A stretch of 10,624 bases of DNA, from positions 35,744 through 46,367 of the forward strand of contig NW_003314470.1 in assembly GCF_000143415.4 (NCBI RefSeq), given 5' to 3'. Below, in pieces: positions 8,150 to 10,624 of this stretch. Origin of the DNA: Selaginella moellendorffii. Its lineage: Eukaryota > Plantae > Lycopodiophyta. Numbering within the stretch: the first letter of the stretch is position 1; each line of letters starts with the position of its first letter. A model generated the notes under the pieces. It was not told the origin of the DNA. It searched no databases and saw nothing but the letters and a program-made list of their open reading frames with translations. The translations under genes were made by a program, and so were the position numbers.

Positions 8150-9149
8150 CTATACTAACTTTTTGAGAGGAAAAGTTAGTGATTGATATTGAAAATGTTG
8201 AGTCATTATTAGATTTGAGTTGGGGATATATTGATCATTGATGAATCTTTTTATGCTTGTTGTAAAGTGAATTATGTTTTGCTATAGATAAACTCATGGA
8301 GTATCATTTGGTGATCACTTGTTGAGCATAACTTCGCTGTGCTTAGCTTTTAGATTGATGCAGACATACTCTTCATTAGCTTAGGCATTATAAAGTTTGA
8401 TTTCTGGATGTGTTGAGGAGGATGTTATGGGTTGTACCATGATTTCTTCTTTAGCATTGAAGTTAATTCATACAAGACTCGTGATCATTATTAGGCGAGA
8501 CTTGGCTATAGACTTCTTCAAACTTTTAATTTTTTGAGTTTTATGCTCATTTTTCCATTTATAAAAAGTGTCGGGGGAAGGCATTTTTGGCTCATTAACT
8601 TCGATGTTAAAGTTAATATGTGCATCTGACAATCATTGGTGACGATTGACTATCATCTAGGATAGTTGATTATCTTTGTCTAAGGTTTTGCTTAACTATT
8701 ATTGATCTAAGAATTATTTACCATTCTTCAGGATGGCAGATTCTTTTTCAATGATGATTATGCATCTCTTTATTAATGAGATAATAGATAATCTTTCATT
8801 ATAATTAGTTATTCTTTTTGATAGCTTATGGGTATTTGTATTACCACATATTCTTTATGGTTTGCTCTGGATTGGTCTTTTGGGTTTGAGACATCGGTAG
8901 GATGTTGCTAACACTTGTTTAAGCAATTTGAATTCTTTCATATTATTGACCGAGATTTATTCAAATTAGCTAGTGTGAATGAATCAATGTTTGGTGATCT
9001 TACCACATTCATTTTTTTCTGTTGATTGTTGCTCAAGTTACTTCTAATAAATTAGGATGTTATTTCCTTTGGATGATACATTCGCAAGATTTATTCACTA
9101 ATAATTAAGTCTCTAAAATATCATTGCCTATAACTTTGATATTGTCCAT
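8150..9149 (-). repeat. Repeat C copy 2, segment 3
   Basis: Reverse-complement match to about 1820-2782, e.g. gtttgctctggattggtcttttgggtttgagacatcg vs cgatgtctcaaacccaagagaccaatccagagcaaac. Homology fades at about 9100. Confidence 0.85.
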
Positions 9150-10624
9150 TGTAAGCGACTAAAATTTTCCATTCTACTTTAGTCACTTAACCACACCTCT
9201 GACCACTTGGAGGAGTCTCATTCACAACCTCCATAAGTCCAATCCAGGACTTGGGACTTGCTAGCCCCGAGAATAGCATCCATGCCACTCAACATTTGCA
9301 CTTGGTCCAAGTGCTCCACGTGTCCGATCCCATGACCGACACTCAAAGGTACCACCGACATAGCAGCCCGTTACGCTAAGGCCATGCCCAATCACCTTTG
9401 CCACACTGGTAGTCCGTTACCACTTGCATCACAGTCTTGGCTCTCCAAGACTAGGCAAACCATCCGTGAGTGGTCATCTGAGATCCACTCCTTAGCACCC
9501 TTAGGATGCCCACCGACAAGGGGAATAGCCTTCCCCAATATCCCTCTGCCAGTCCCCACTAAGTCCCTTTCTGCCCCTGGCCGTGTTTGCCAACACTGCC
9601 ACTGGATCGAGACCCACAGGCCCGACCACTAAGTCCCACGGTCCTCTGGGACTTCCTCACCACACGACTGTGTCCTTGGTCACTACCCCAGAGGACTGCT
9701 CCTCTTCCTTTCCACAGTCTGGGCCTTTGGGGCAACATTTCGGAACACCGTGGCCTTACGCGAGCCACCTGGGTACTCTCCTCGCCTTCTGCCCTTAGGT
9801 GCTCTAGCCATGGGCTTAGAGCGGGTTCCGTTGAGCCACACCAGGTATCCAAGTAGGTAGTGCCACCCACACTTGAACTGGGAGCATCGGCCAGTCGATC
9901 TCCCGGGGGAACTAGAGCCGGCTCTTGAACACTTCACCAAGCTACCCCGCTTGTCAGTCCGTGTTCACTCTAGTCTTGGACTTCCCAGTGGGCAGCTCAT
10001 CACCCAACACTGGGTCCGGCCTTCCTGGGCCAAACTGGCCTTTCCTGGCCAAACTGGCTCCACTGCAGTCCTCCCCCTACTATACTTTTGGAGCTCACCA
10101 AACCCCCCAGGGTCTGGGAGACGAACGCTTTGGGCTTTCACCCTCTCAGGCTCCGGACTCGGACTCGGACTCGGACTCGGACTCGGACTCGGACTCGGCC
10201 TCGGCCTCGGTATCGGCCTCGGTCTCGGTCTCGGTCCCGATCTCGGTCTCGGTCTCGGTCTCGACTTCGGACTCCATCTCGGACTCCATCTCGGACTCCA
10301 TCTCGGACTCCATCTCGGGTCCATCTCGGACTCCATTTCGGGTCCATCTCGGACTCCATCTCGGGTCCATCTCGGACTCCATCTCAGACTCCATCTTGGG
10401 TCCATCTCGGACTCCATCTCAGACTCCATCTTGGGTCCATCTCGGGTCCATCTCGGACTCCATCTCGGACTCCACTTCGGACTCCATATCGGACTCCACT
10501 TCGGACTCCAACTCGGGTCCATCTCGGACTCCACTTCGGACTCCAACTCGGGTCCATCTCGGACTCCACTTCGGACTCCAACTCGGGTCCATCTACGGTA
10601 CTCCACTTCGGACTCTAACTGCGG
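9150..10624 (-). mobile_element. LTR family B, second copy, truncated by the window edge
   Basis: Starts TGTAAGCGACTAAAATTTTCC and is colinear with 4713-6073. Left flank is TCCAT (9145-9149). Confidence 0.9.
10147..10624 (+). repeat. Homogeneous hexamer/dodecamer array (GGACTC)n -> (GGTCTC)n -> (GGACTCCATCTC)n
   Basis: Perfect GGACTC run at about 10155-10196, followed by 12-bp units to the window end. Confidence 0.95.

Noticed and set aside
9965-10618. ORFs of 65-213 aa with WSPR/MESE/RT repeats
   Set aside because: Translations of 6/12-bp repeats in multiple frames; not credible genes.
10147-10624. CRISPR array or telomeric repeat
   Set aside because: There are no unique spacers, the units are not TTTAGGG-like, and the array is an internal part of an LTR.

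Overview
This window is plant-type, repeat-derived nuclear DNA with no credible protein-coding gene, and it resolves into nested retroelements. (1) 1-441 is a hairpin-dense non-coding internal domain ending in a polypurine tract (PPT), followed by a complete 1148-bp 3' LTR (family A, 442-1589, TGTAAG...CTTACA). (2) An old, degenerate AT-rich 'host' repeat C is present twice in inverted orientation (about 1590-3460 on +, and about 3465-9149 on -). (3) The second C copy carries three insertions. The first is a 1563-bp solo LTR of the sister family B (4713-6275, TSD TTGGT). The second is a composite unit (6576-8149, TSD CTATA) made of an inverted family-A LTR fused head-to-head, through two back-to-back PPTs, to a Cassandra-type TRIM with a 5S rRNA-derived LTR core and an iMet-like PBS. 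The third is another family-B LTR (9150 to window end). The first C copy supplies the empty sites that support both TSDs. The most unusual signals are the single-TSD LTR-A/Cassandra chimera, the PPT and termini shared by family A and Cassandra (a candidate mobilising partner), and the structured RNA-like domain at 1-441 with tRNA T-arm/B-box duplicates and a palindromic kissing-loop-like hairpin. All alignments were done by eye, and the boundaries of repeat C are approximate.
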